Positions 50,895-64,000 of a stretch of 64,000 nucleotides of DNA are shown here, piece after piece. The notes under the pieces were generated by a model that worked only from the letters and a program-made list of their open reading frames with translations, had not been told where the DNA came from and did no database searches. This stretch comes from Mobula hypostoma (Eukaryota), in NCBI RefSeq assembly GCF_963921235.1, contig NC_086097.1, positions 86,368,001 to 86,432,000 on the forward strand, read 5' to 3'. How positions within the stretch are numbered: the stretch's first letter is position 1; every line of letters starts with the position of its first letter. Both the position numbers and the translations under genes were made by a program.

Positions 50895-53800
50895 CAGTTT
50901 TGATCATACAGGAATTTTTATTCAAGTCTATACATTTAATGATGTGATGAGGATTTAAATGCTCATTGACAGTAGGTTTGGTGAATGAACCAAGCCCGCT
51001 TGGCTACATAGTTTCGTTTTATTTAAAAAAAAACTTACAACAAATGACTTCAATGGACTTTAAAAAAAACTTAAATATTCATTCTATTCATCTTAAATCA
51101 ATCATAACTTATAAAAAAAATCAAAAATACTTAAATTAATTTAGTTTAACTAGGAAAGGGAAGGCAGCATTGTTTCATAATTTGTAAAGTACACAATTTG
51201 GTGACTCGTCAATTAAATTGACAAACAGAAGCTTACCTCAATTACTTTAATTAACCACTTAAATCAGAAAAAAGAGTGAGTGGCAGAAAATTCCAATTAC
51301 AATGCCAAATGTTAAATTATTACAACATAATAAATATTTGACCAAAGATAACATCAACATTTGCTACAGTCTTCTCCTTAAATATTTCATTCAAGTTGAG
51401 TATTCTGTTTGAAAAATAATTATTTTATGTAAAAAGATACATTTAATTAACAAATAAAATACAGTACAATGCCCCAAATCAGAATGTAATATTGTAGAAA
51501 TCAAAAAAATCTCAACCACGCAAGAAAGGAGTACCTTATCGCTGATCAGATCAAATGATGGAGACAAAGTGTAGAGGGAACACACTGATTAGTTGTTGAC
51601 AATATATTATAGCAGTTATGTATTCCTAGATTACAGATGTATATTTCACTCCTCTGGGAAACAGAAATCAGAATACATAAAACAGCACCTACTCATGCAT
51701 TTTGACAGTTTTTTTAAAAAAATTGCTTTATAGCAGAGGTTGCTGTAGTCTTGGTCAAGAGTTTTATGGCAATATTTTAAATAGATAGTTTATTAAGTCA
51801 AATGATCTGAATTTAGCTTCACCTGTAATTCTTGGTTTCAATAGTTATTCTGCTCTGAAGCTTTTGGTTACTACTGTGAAAGTAGTAATTAAGCTATTTT
51901 GTCTGTAAGGTAACTACTGCAAAAAATGTACACCTACAACTATGTAACAGGTAAGGGAGAAATGTTAATTTAAAAGTGACATCCACAAGATAATGAAAGA
52001 GCAATGGTACAGAATTGGAACTGGTGATTTTATTTTGTACTGAGTAATTTAAACTAACCTGGTACCTCTGGTGGTGTTTGTCTACTTTTCAAAGTAAAAC
52101 TACTTGTTTAGCTAAGAATAATAAGTTTTAGCTGCAGTATACTTTTGCTTGAGTACTTTCATGTCTTTACATTGAAGATTTTTCATGTTGAATACAAATT
52201 GAATGGCCAGAAGCATTTTGCAGTATTCAAGTTTCACATGTTCCTCTTCTACTCCACTCCCCTCTCACCCCACGTCCACTCATCAGTCATTTGGCTGGAT
52301 CTTGTTCTAATATATCAAAGTTTACAATACAAAAGAGCCTAGAAAATGGACTGTGCACTGCCACAGTATACACATTGCGTGATACAGTTCCAGTGGCTGC
52401 TTGAGAACCTCAAAATTCATGATGGTTAGTTCTGGTTTCCTTTGTACTCATTCCAATAACGTACAAAAAAAAAACAGACGTAGTGTGATGTTCAACTGTG
52501 TATGCCTCCACGCCCCCATGCAGAAACAGGCAGGTTTTCATTGTGTTTGGGAACCTTTTGTCTGCATCTGTTGAGGGAAATCTTTTCATACATCTCTGGA
52601 TGGTACTGTGAAACCATTCAGGGTCTGCTCCCTTTGCCTGAATTTACACACTCAATCCTTTCTCAAGCACAAAATCTTCCCCCAATGTAGTCATAAGTTC
52701 CATCCTGCCACCAGGCTCACCATCCTGGCACAACTTCACCCCAACACCCACCAACCAATTTGTCTCCAGCCCCAACCTCCCCTGAGAAGTGCTTCTATTT
52801 CAAGGTGCACCTCTCCCCTACACGTCCCAGCGGTCGACTCACCCCAAACCCACCCTCCCTTGACATGTCACCTCATTTGATCACACAACATCAAACTCCC
52901 TCCAATCTGATTGCAATTGCCCCCAACAAGAAACCCACCCTCCAACCCCAAGCATCATCCTCATCCACTCTCCACCCATCCAAACCCAAAGCATCTCTAC
53001 TTCATGATCCACAATCCACTAGCCTGTCAGGGGTCAAGTCCTGAATTTCCTGGCATGGACCCAGAAGTAAAGCATACATTTGTCCCCATTGATTGGCTAA
53101 TGTGCTGTTGCACCACCAGCCAATTTCTAAGCCAGTTCAGGGAGTTCAACCCTTCCACAAACCAAACTTCAGAACATAAGGTGGGTGAAACACCCACATT
53201 ATGATCTTAAAAAAGATTACAAAATATTCACCCATGACAGTAATAAAATATTATTTCAGCAAATGACTATTATAAACATCATATTCTTGCTTCCAGCCAT
53301 TAACTGCACTATATACACCCTTTATAAATGTTTCAATAGTTATTACTTCAAAACAAAACCGCATTTGATTTGAAAAAAATTGCAAAAAAAACTCATTCAT
53401 TTATATGGCACATTTTTCAAACCTCATGCTGTTTCAAAGTCTTTAACAATATCTACATTCCCAGTCGGAAATAAGTACCAGCCTATCATTTCAACTGCAG
53501 ACACATACTCAACATGGTCTACAGGACAATATGAGCATAAATACAATTGACAAACCATACTTTAAAAAAGCTAAGTCCCAATGCAGAGGAAAGCACAAAG
53601 TTACAAGATCTCTGCATTTTAGACTGGTGACAGTCTTCGCTCGACTATTGCACTGGCATATCACATAGTTAGTATGGAGCAGTCTCCAGTGAAACAGATT
53701 CAAGAGGTGTCAGGCTGAAGAGGAATCAACTTTCCCATCAACCAGAGATAGTGAGGACCCTTCTGCCCAAGACTGTTAATGGGGGCATCACGAGAGACCA

Positions 53801-53940
53801 CTTTTGTCAACATTATTACATAGATACTGAAAGGGTTGACTTATGCTGATACTGTTGGGAGGTACAGGGAGAACTTGTTCGTACAATTTGTATTGGACTC
53901 ATTGTGATAGATCAAGCAAAATGTGGCTTTTCTGTGCTAC
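50895..53940 (-). other. Probable terminal exon and long 3' UTR of an unidentified gene
   Basis: Strong acceptor at 53941 (T-rich tract ending cctgtag|); ~3 kb with no recognisable TE; AATAAA at 50922-50917 with upstream TGTA and downstream TGTGTGTGTT. Confidence 0.55.
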
Positions 53941-54904
53941 CTACAGGTAAAAAAAAAGTAGAGATGAAATGGGTCCAATTTGTAAACCATTAAACAAAAG
54001 AATGGCACGGATTCTTTGCTACAGTTGAAGTATTGTAGTCCTCTGCCAACAAATTGTCTAGGTGAATTCTGTGATGTCATATGAACAATATATTGTGATA
54101 CTTGGCTACTTCAATAATCTTCTGGCGTGAACCTTAACCCTCATCAGGAGAGCAACCCGGGGAGCTGAAGTTTTCCCCTTAAATACATTCATCAACATTC
54201 ATTTTTTGGATTCTGCTGTAAAATGGAGTTTCCTGCATAAACAGCATATAGCACAAGATTTTCTTAATCAGCTATGCATACTTCACTGCTTCAGAGGTGA
54301 CTCTGGTAACTAGTGTGTGTGCAGAGTAGTGTGAGAGGAAAGTTAAGAGAAAGAAGAAAACATCACATCGGCCTCAGACGCAATGGCTGTCAGAAGAAAA
54401 TGGCCCCCGTCACAGAAGTTCACAAATTTCACAACGAAAGCTATGACCTTCAAGGGGAGAGCTATCATACAAAGCAAAAAAAGTCTGGAGAATTCACTTG
54501 GCCTACATTATATCAAACTTCTGGGATGAGGCCTTGTGTTTCATTCCCTATTTGGTTTACAAGTCCTTGTACCACACTGCAGTGCCTGTGAGGCTACACC
54601 CTAGGGAGAAGCGTTTTGCGTGGATGAGAAGCTCTGGTCATGGAGTGGCAAGCAGCAGCTTGCTCTCCACGACCAACAGAGGGAGCATTCTGGGGTTGCT
54701 GACTGTGAGCATGTCCAGAGGCCACTAGAGGAGTGATGACAGCACATTAGCATGCTGAACTTGCATTGCTGGCAACCTGATGGGGATCAATGGTGCTGAG
54801 CCCAATCCCACCACACCTTTACTTCAACCTCTAGATCTAGAGCCGAGATGACTGACGTGCCCTGAAAGATGGGGCCTGGTCCCTGCTTACTTAACTCCCC
54901 TCCT

Positions 54905-55125
54905 CAAGGAGGGCTTTCTGTTCGATTCTGTAAGGAGTTTGTACCTTCTCCCCGTGGAATGTGAGGGCTTCCTTCTGACAGTCCAAAGACATACAGGTTA
55001 GCAGGTTAATTGGTCATTGTAACTTCTTCCGAGATTAGGCGAGGGTTAAATCGGGTTTGCTGGGTGGTGCGGCTCAAAGGGCCGGAAGGGCCTATTCCTC
55101 ACTGTATCTTGATAAATAAATAAAT
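54905..55125 (+). mobile_element. V-SINE (HE1-like)
   Basis: ggagtttgtaccttctccccgtg...cagtccaaagac...; (taaa)n tail at ~55113-55125. Confidence 0.8.
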
Positions 55126-55384
55126 AGGTTTGAACAGTACTCGGCTCACAGTGAAGTGGAAGGTGCTTGTTTCTGCTGCTGCCTACGGAAGTTAATTTCC
55201 CACATGCCATCTCAGTTGCTCTGTAATGGAGTGATCTGTGTACATGCAATTCTCTATTGGGGTGGAGGGACAAGCTGTCCACATGTCATATCTCTCCACT
55301 CCTGGAGGACAGTGACCTGACCGTGGGAGGTAACCACTGCCCTGTGATAACTCAATGTTCTGTTAAATAGCAAATCGGTTAGAA

Positions 55385-55612
55385 CATCTCCCCTTCGCTG
55401 GCACTCAACATAGGTGCACCTCAAGGATGTGTGCTTAGCCCACTGCTCTGCTCTCTCTACATCCACGACTGTGTGGATAGGCACAGCTCAAGCACCAACT
55501 GTAACTTTGCCCATTACTTCACTGTTGTTGGCAGAATCTCAGGTGGTGATGAGGCAGCATACAGGAGTGAGACAGAGTGGCTGGTGGAGTGGTGTCACAA
55601 CAACAATCTTGA
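55385..55612 (+). mobile_element. Rex1/Babar RT fragment
   Basis: [20 protein letters not shown]...LVEWCHNNNL. Confidence 0.8.
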
Positions 55613-56559
55613 AAACACGCCCACAGTCACTCTAGTCTTGAGCACTCTGTGGCTGTGCAAATCTTCTTGGACTCCTTTCTGCTGCCCACGTGTGTTTGGT
55701 CAATCTCCAACTGGCACATGCCCTTTCAGCCTAATCTATTCATTCCCAGTTGTGCCAAACTATTAGATGCCAAGTGCAATGACTTAGCGTGATCATTGTC
55801 GTCTTCACATCCTTTTCTCCTTCCCGTGCTTGTCTTCTGTCCAGTGTCCCCTCCTCCTCCACCACCTCCAACTCTTCAGTCTCTTGTGAAGAGCAGGACA
55901 CTACTAATCTCTCATACACTACAGGAGATTGCTGTACTTGAAAGATGCAGCAGCTACATCTTCATTTTAGCCAGAGTGGGAACCTGTCCATTGGCCAGCA
56001 GAGTCCACTTCACCATTCAACAAGACCTAAGCTCATCTGATTGCAACCACATTCCTGCCAAATCCCAGTAAGCGATCAGATCAGCGTGCTATTGCCGTCT
56101 CTGTAAAACATCAGTTCCCATACCAATAGATTGTGTGTGGTTTGAACAGTTCGGTAGACCAAGGCTTGGTGGTCACTCAGCTCATCTTCCATTTAGTGAC
56201 TTGGGTTGATCTCCCTACTCCTCCTGATAACTTCAGTCTAAATGCAGGAAATAAAGGAAACAGGTAGGATTATTATTATAATTCCTATGCATGCTTGACC
56301 TTAGTGTGTGGGTGTTTGTGTGGATAGTGTCACAGATGTGTGTGGGTGAGTGCAAAAGAGCATGGCTGTATGTTTCTAAGAGACACAGAGAGAAAGACAG
56401 AGAGGGAAAAAAGGAATCATTTATAATGCTATACAGCTCACCATAACATGTCTGGATAATCATGAAAATTCTTCCAATACTGCTCCATCATTCAGGGATC
56501 CTCACTGTAGCCAAACTACAGCTGGTCACTGCTTCCCATGCTCTGCGAGTGGCAGGCCC

Positions 56560-57805
56560 AGTGACCATCATGCTTAGCTGGAGCACTGCACATCCCTCTC
56601 TCACTCTCACTCAACATCAGCAATCCAAAGAGCTGATTACAGACTGAGGAACTGGAGGTCCATGAGCCATCCTCATTAGCTGAATGGAGGTGGAAAGGGT
56701 CAGTAACTTTAAATGCCTTGGCATTATCATATCATGGGATCTGTTCTGGATCGAGCACGCAGGTGCCATTACAAAGGAGGTTCTATTTTCTTAGAAGTTT
56801 GCCCAGATTTGGAATGGCATCCAGAACTTCTATAGATCCACAGTAGAGAATATCCTGACTAGTTGTATCATGACCTGGTATGGAAACACCAATGGCCAAG
56901 AACAGAAAAGACTATAAGAAATGTTGGATAGAGCCCAGCCTTATCACAGGCAAAAGTCTCCCAGTGAGCACATCTACAAGGAGCGCTACCACAAGAAAGC
57001 AGCATCCATCATCAAAGACTCCCACCATCCAGGCCATGCTCTCTTCTCATTGCTGTCAACGGGACGGAGGTACCAGAGCCTGAAGTCCCACACCATCAAG
57101 TTTCGGAGCAGTTATTGCACTTGTACCATTAGGGTACTGAACCAGCGTGGATAACTTCATTATCTGAACTCTGAACTGATCCCATAACTTATGGACCCAC
57201 TTTCAGTGATTCCACAACTCAAGTTCTCACCAATATTTATTTTATTATTTATACAGATTCTCTATTTTTGCACATTGATTGTTTGTCATTCTTTGTTTTA
57301 CGTGTTTTTTTTCATTGATTCTATTGTATTTCATTGTTTTACTGTGAATGCTTACAAGAAGATGAGAGGTGATCTAATAGAGGTGTATAAGGTGATGAGA
57401 GGCGTTGATTGTGTTGATAGCCAGAGGCTTTTTCCCAGGGCTGAAATGGCTAACCTGAGGAAGCACAGTTCTAAGGTTCTTGGAAGTAAGTAAAAAGGGG
57501 ATTCAGAGATAAGTTTTTCACACAGAGAGTAGTGGGTGCGTGGAATGCACTGCTGGCGACTGTGATGGAAGCAGATAAAATAGGGTCTTTTAAGAGACTC
57601 TTAGATAGGTACATGGAGTTAGAAAAATAGAGGGCTAGGCAGTAGGGAAATTCTAGGCAGTTTCTGGAGTAGGTTACATGGTCGGCACAACATTGTGGAC
57701 CGAAGAGTTTTTGATGTGCTGTAGATTTCTGTGTTCTAAGACAATAAATCTCAGGATGGTATAGATGACATATAAATACTCTGATAATAAATTTACTTTG
57801 AACTT
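56560..57805 (+). mobile_element. Rex1/Babar 3' portion with a CR1 3' end inserted at ~57358-57740
   Basis: IIKDSHHPGHALFSLLSTGRRYQS; insert MRGDLIEVYKVMRGVD; Rex1 tail resumes ...aataaatttactttgaactt. Confidence 0.85.
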
Positions 57806-59024
57806 TCTGGCCTCTGTTACACTTACTAGAAAACTCAGTATCCCATTGACTGAATCTAAAAGCCATCTCCCTCTCCTTTGAAGACTGCCTGCCCTTCCCT
57901 CTTTGAAAGCAATCATGTGTGTTACTGCTGTTTACGTGGGATGGGAAATGTACCTTTGAGGCCACAGACCCCACTGGGGGTGACGCACTGCAAACCAGCT
58001 GCAGAACGTGCAGCTTCCATGATAATGCATATTATTCATTTTGTAAAAGTACTGTTGTCAAATGTCACAGCTAAAGTGAATGGGCATCAATGTTAATCAC
58101 AGTACCCATTATCAACGTGGGAAAAGGAGAAATCCAACCATCTGTACCAATAATATCACAGGGATTGCTTGCGCCAGAGTTGTTATTAGGGATACAGAGT
58201 TACTGTCCTTGCCAGCACTACTAGGCTGGGTGCACAAAGGAGTCAGCTGTGCAGGAATTATTATTGAAAGTGCTGATCTTCGTGTAGTATTGCTAGTTGG
58301 GGCACCGAGAAAGTCTCCGGTTCAATATCTGTGAGCGCTGGTCCTGCAAATGTTGCTTCGAATGCAGCTCCACAATAAGAACAGCAACACAGGCGCATAA
58401 CATCATATAAGCAGCATTCACAACATAAACACACACTATTTCACAAGTAAAAACACAATTAGAATAAAAAAGGTTAATTTTAGTACAAATTTATCAAAGT
58501 GGTCATGGAGTTGTATGTTCACGTGCAAACAAAAATAATTCAAAGTAAAATTTAGTAGATGGCTAAGGTGGGGAGGAAGATCTCAATAGTGTGAGTGGCT
58601 CGTGACTAAACATTGCTGGTGCAGGTTACATACCTGACCATAATCTATCACTGTAAACTCAGCTCGATATGTCATTAGGAATGTGCTTTGCCTGCACATT
58701 TGATAATTCAACAGATTTGCTTAACTTAGCAAGCTGTGTGCAAATTCACTTAAACTTGCAGACAATTCAAAATGCTCAAAAAGGACACTGTGTAAGCACT
58801 TCCAAACCAAATTAACAAGTGTGTGAAGTAAGTACATCTAAAGGATCAAATATTATTGTTGAAGCAGATGCCTGCAACAAACACCTGCAGCATTAAGCAA
58901 CTCTTTGCCTAAATTGAAAGAAAATGTTCACCTACCCTGCTACTCCACCTGTAAAGAGACGTGCAAAGTCTTAACTGTGCCAAATATATAAGATATCTGT
59001 TTTTGTGCTGTACAACTGTGAGCT

Positions 59025-59318
59025 ATTTATTTATTTAGTGATACTGAGCTGAGTAGGCTCTTCGAGCCTTTCCAGCCAGGCCACCCAAGCAACTCCACAA
59101 CCCTGATTAACTCTAGCCTAATCAGGGGACAACTTACAATGACCAACTAACCTACCCGTTGTCTATGGACTGTGGGAGGAAACTGGAGTAAACCCATGAA
59201 TTGCATGGGGAGGATGTACGGAGACTCCTTACAGAACAGGGCTGGAACTGAGCTCCGAACTTTGGAACATCCCAAGCTGTAACAGCATTGCACTAACCGC
59301 TACGCTACCATGGCACCC
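59025..59318 (-). mobile_element. V-SINE (HE1-like)
   Basis: Same structure as 9422 and 13012. Confidence 0.85.
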
Positions 59319-59424
59319 AATATGTGATCATATGTGGTTTCCCAAACGCTTCCTTTCAACCGGGGAATAATACCCTTTCATCACTAAAGGTAATATGCCA
59401 CACCCAGGTTCAAAAACATTCAAC

Positions 59425-59525
59425 CACTTGATGAAGGGTTCTGGCCCAAAATGTCCACTGTTTACACTTTTCCCCATTGGTGTCACCCGGCCTGCTGAGT
59501 TCTTCCAGCATTTTGCACATGTATT
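59425..59525 (+). mobile_element. Penelope-like terminal fragment with degenerate hammerhead
   Basis: ttgatgaagggttctggcccaaaatgtccactg...ggcctgctgagttcttccagcattttg. Confidence 0.7.
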
Positions 59526-61574
59526 GCAACCCCTTCAACTATTAGGTTCTAGAGTCAACTGGTACAATCCTAATCACTGCCTCAGTATAGCAACACCATG
59601 ACTACTTCGACAAGTTTGCACTAAAGTAGAATTTATTTTTGTTCTAGTTTTATTCTATTCTATTTTTCTACTCTTCTGGCGCCAGTGGGTAAGGAGAGGG
59701 AGGAGAGGGTTGATGCTTTTGCTGCTTCTTGTGCAAAGAGTGAGGGGCTTCAATGTTTCTCTCATTCATTCTATGGTGTTCTTGTTTCATGGATGTCTGT
59801 GAAGAGTACAAATTTCAAGTTGTATACTATATATATTCTCTGATATTAAATGAACCTCTGATTGTGAAATTGTGTATGATATATGTTTATTTTGGAAATG
59901 CTGCTTATATGATGCTACATGCCTGTCTTGCTGTTGCAAGTAAGTTTTTCATTACACCTATGCATGCATGTACTTGAACATATGACAATGAACTTGACTT
60001 TGACTTTGCCAAAAGTGGAAATGCTAGTAGCACTCAGCTATTGGTTAGATGGCATCTGTGGAAAGAGATACAGAGTTTATGCTTCAAGTCTGAGACCCTA
60101 CCTCAGAACTGGGCGCAGAGAGTAAAACAAGTTAGCTTTCAATAGCAGAAAGAGGGTGGGGAGGGGGAGGATGAATAGAATAAAGGCAACATTTCTGATG
60201 GAGAGAGAATAAAATAATTAACATGGCAATCAGTCTGTGTTGTGTGTTGCTAATACACAGCACAGACTGGGACTGTTGGACTTGAGCAGCAACTATATCT
60301 TACCAATATGGAGAGAAAGTCTGCACCAGAATCACAGATGGATGTCTAACAAAATGGCCAGTTCTAATGCAGACAGAAAAAGTGAGCAAGTTACCTAGAG
60401 CAGTAAAATGAAGTATCAAGTCTAGAAAGCTGCAAATTTGATTTTCAAGGCGAAATAATTATTGAAATGTAAATATTTTATTCTGGTTATATTTATATTA
60501 CCAAACAAATTTATTAAAATCATTAATCTGGTATGTCAAGTAGACCATACTACACAACCTTGCCAAATTTACAATTTCTACAAGTTTCCAATGTTACCGG
60601 AGTACTGAAATTGAAGGATTCCTTCTAATTTTATAGCTAAACCTCGAGGCCTTGCATAAGCAGTGGCAGGAGCTCATCACCTCCCAAACCACCCACCTGG
60701 GCATTAAGCCACTTCTTTCCCCATCTGAGTGGTAGCTTCTGATTCTCACACTTAATTGACTGATGAGACCAACGCTTATAAAACAGAATGGAAGTTATCC
60801 TCAATTCCCTGTGACTGTCCAAGAAAGATTACACTCAAGGTCAGTGCATGAAAGAAAAAAAAAACCATCACAACCTTCACTCATTATGCCACTCAGACCC
60901 ACACTTTGTTGGTCTTCAGAATCACAAGTGACCGCCCTCTAAAACAAAACCTGCATTTTGTGTATTAACAAGTGTAATACTCCGTAGGTAAGTGTGCAAC
61001 TGTTTGATGATATCTCAAAAACTGAAAATTCTCAATTAACCAGTTGGCACAGATAGATTGGGTAAAGACATTCAATACTTGGGGAAGTATTTGTTTCTCT
61101 TCAAAGGAGTTGGGCTTCATGTGAATGGAATAATGCTTGCTGACTGAGAACAGTGATGTGCTTACATGCATTGACATTGTCACAGTCTTGCCCTGACTTT
61201 ATCTGGTTAACATCCTGGGCCTATTTCAGAGATCTGCTTTCACGTCTGTCCAGTTGCATGCAACCACTTTTAAGTTTTTTTTAATAGTTTTACAATGCCA
61301 CTGGAACTAGTACCTAGCCAAGGGGGTTAAATTTATGGTTTCTTAATCTCACACATGAACTTCCAAATTGATAACTAGATTCTCATTTGCATTCATATTG
61401 TCAATAAATGTCAGAGTTAGAAATGCTATGATTTAGTGTATATGGAGAAAAATGGTCCAAGCACTTTTTACAAAGCATTGATTAGATTTGGAACATATTT
61501 TTCATGCTTTGTAATTTAACTGGAGTACCTGGTGCTTACAAAGCTCAGCTGTCACATTCCGATTGTATTGGTGA

Positions 61575-62138
61575 GCAATACTTGAAGGCATGCCAGTGGC
61601 TATATTTCATTAGCATGTTGAGGAGATTTGGTATGTCACCAAAGACTCCAAAAATTTCTGCAAGTGTAGCATGGAGAGCATTCTGACTGATTGTATCACT
61701 GTCTGGGGGCCACAGCACAGAATTGGGAAAAGCTGCTGAGGGTTGTAAACTCAGCTGGCTGCATCATGGGCACTAGTCTCCCCAGCATCAAGGACATCTT
61801 CAAAAGATGATGCCTCAAAATGGCAGCCTCCATCATTAAGGGCCCCCACCACCCAGGACATGCCCTCTTCTCATAATTACCATTGAGAGGAAGTACAGGA
61901 ATCTGAAGGCACACACAGTATTTTTGGAACAGCTTCTTCCACTCCACCATCAGATTTCTGAACAGTCCATGAACTCATTAACAGTACCTCACTATTTTTG
62001 CTCTCTTTTTATACTTATTTATTTTTCTATATATTTCTTATTGCAATTTATAGTATATTCTATGTATCATATTGTACTCCTGCCGCAAAACAACAAATTT
62101 CATGATGTATAGTGATAATAAATCTGATTCTAATTCTG
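61575..62138 (+). mobile_element. Rex1/Babar 3' fragment
   Basis: LRRFGMSPKT, IIKGPHHPGHALFS; tail aataaatctgattctaattctg. Confidence 0.85.
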
Positions 62139-64000
62139 TTATTGAATAGTTATTTGTTCAATCTGGCTTCCTGGAGAGCTGATTTTAACATAAGGACTGT
62201 TGGCACTGCCTAGTCTAAACATCACTTGTACTTAGTTGCTGAATCCTGATCTAAAGCACCTTCAAGTGGAAAGCTGTTCAGTACGATAAAGCAGCTTAAT
62301 CATCTGAACTACTGGTTAGTGACAGAGCAGTAGTGTGCTTTATGAAATTACCTGCCAACTAATAACAAAGAAAAAATGTGCTATTGGCCAAATTAGTCAA
62401 CATAACCAGAGTCCACTGTGAGCTTTATTAACCATATAGAAAAATATCTGTATGCAAGTGATAACTGTCTGCTTCTTTCAGAATTTCATCTCCATCAAAG
62501 TTGCATACATAATTTTATTACCTATTTGTTGGAGTAAGGCAATGAGGTAAAGGTAATAAGAGAGAAAGCTGAAGGAGGATTTTCCCTGTCTTTATCCTTC
62601 CAACAGCGGAAGTTATGGATGTGGAAAATGGAATTAAGGATGCCTTAACAAGCTGCTGTTGTAGGTGCTGTACATGCCACACATTTCACTTATGATGTGC
62701 TGGTGCAGAGTGGGTGTCTATGGGGAATGGGTGTCAATCAACCACGGGGTGAGGCCTTGAACAGTCTGAACTTTTTGAACATTGCTGGAGTTGCACACAG
62801 CGATACAAGTGGTTCCGTTACACATCTGACTTGAGTATCTCAGTTATACATTGCTCACCACAGGCTACTTACTCAGCCTCCAATCTGTTATTGCAGATAC
62901 TGTACTTACATGCTTGCTTCAATTAATGCAAAGGGCCACAAGTATACAATGAATTTGCTACCACCAGCCATTCATCAAAAGAAAAAATCCCTAATAGTAC
63001 GTCAGGTGTCGAGCATCACATCATATATTAGAATAGATTGTGGAACATCACTTCTGAGTACCTTGCCATTTTGTCATTTGTTAGTTACAAATGCAAGAAA
63101 GCTTAGCTAAGGAGCAATATTCCCTCTAATTTGCAATGACCAGTGTTTGCAAAAATCTTGTGTTGTGCAAATTTGTTTGCCCAGTGACAAGATGTATGCA
63201 CTGAATAAAAAAAAAGATTATAAATAAGCCAGTTCTAAAATCTGCAGACAAATCATCACAAACTCCACATTGTCAACACCGTCCGCATCAGAAACCGGAA
63301 AAGGAAATGTGATTATGTACGATCGTGAAATATACTGAACATGCCAACGAGTTAGAGGGTAACAACCTTTTGTACGCAGTTTAAATTCCTTTCTGTGCCA
63401 ATAGCAAAAGATGTGTGCACACATACACACACATACACACACTCACTCTAGAGGGAACATTGCTAAGAAGTGCAGGAGATTCCAGTTACATTTTCCTAGA
63501 TAGATTGATTTCCGCAGATGAAATTGAGGAGGCTGGGCAGTGAATTGAAAGAAGCTATTTTGCTCAGAAAAGAGAAAGCTGAGCTGTGAATTTGTAAGTG
63601 TGTATTGGCTACTGACAGGTCATAGATTACAGTTAAAACAAGTTTATATTTCATAACATTGTAGTTCCAACTCCACAATGTTTCTCTTGGACAGTGACTT
63701 TGCCTGCTAAGTGAATCTTCTAGAATTTGCTAGGTACTGTGTTGTTGAGTCAAACATTAAAGAAAAACGTTGGTGAGTGGGCTCCAGGGCTGAACAATAA
63801 GAATCCATGGTGTGAAATCTGGAGTAATAATACCCTCAATGAGATCTCCATATGGGGCTTTATGTGATAAGTGGATAGGTTCTCCTTGGATCCATCTTGA
63901 CTGACCTGAACCTCAGGCCCTCAAGCTACTAAGGGCAACACTATTTTAGGATGGAAGAATTTTAGCCCCTGGCGCTACTCTGGTGTCTCCATCCATGCAT

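Noticed and set aside
54120..54215. SECIS element for the in-frame TGA at ~58322
   Set aside because: ATGA, AAA and GA motifs are present but helix II does not pair convincingly, and the peptide matches no selenoprotein motif I know
63200..63400. Coding exon in a CpG-containing unique segment
   Set aside because: Possible acceptors on both strands, but no recognisable peptide or consistent donor

Overview
Vertebrate genomic DNA, most likely from a cartilaginous fish. HE1/V-SINE-type SINEs, abundant CR1 LINEs, Rex1/Babar LINEs and Penelope-like terminal repeats point to an elasmobranch, probably a ray. Most of the window is decayed or nested transposable elements. These include CR1 LINEs (one retaining an ORF1 SGNH esterase), Rex1/Babar, a Tx1 fragment and a Penelope-like GIY-YIG remnant. 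There is also an internally deleted Gypsy element with both LTRs, a tRNA-Leu PBS, a PPT and an ATAT TSD, plus two solo LTRs, hAT-Charlie MITEs, a decayed hAT transposase, a Tc1 MITE and several SINEs. No host protein-coding gene could be named. The most notable items are four. (1) Two ~200-bp TSD-flanked palindromic Penelope-derived mini-elements, one with an intact minimal hammerhead ribozyme in the loop. (2) A three-level nest: CR1 > hAT MITE > CR1. (3) A candidate minus-strand spliced transcript (exons ~12.7, 11.4 and 8.4 kb) whose peptides repeat a QxDxL motif. (4) A ~3-kb, apparently TE-free probable 3' UTR on the minus strand (50.9-53.9 kb). Family assignments come from recognised motifs, not database searches, and boundaries of old elements are approximate.
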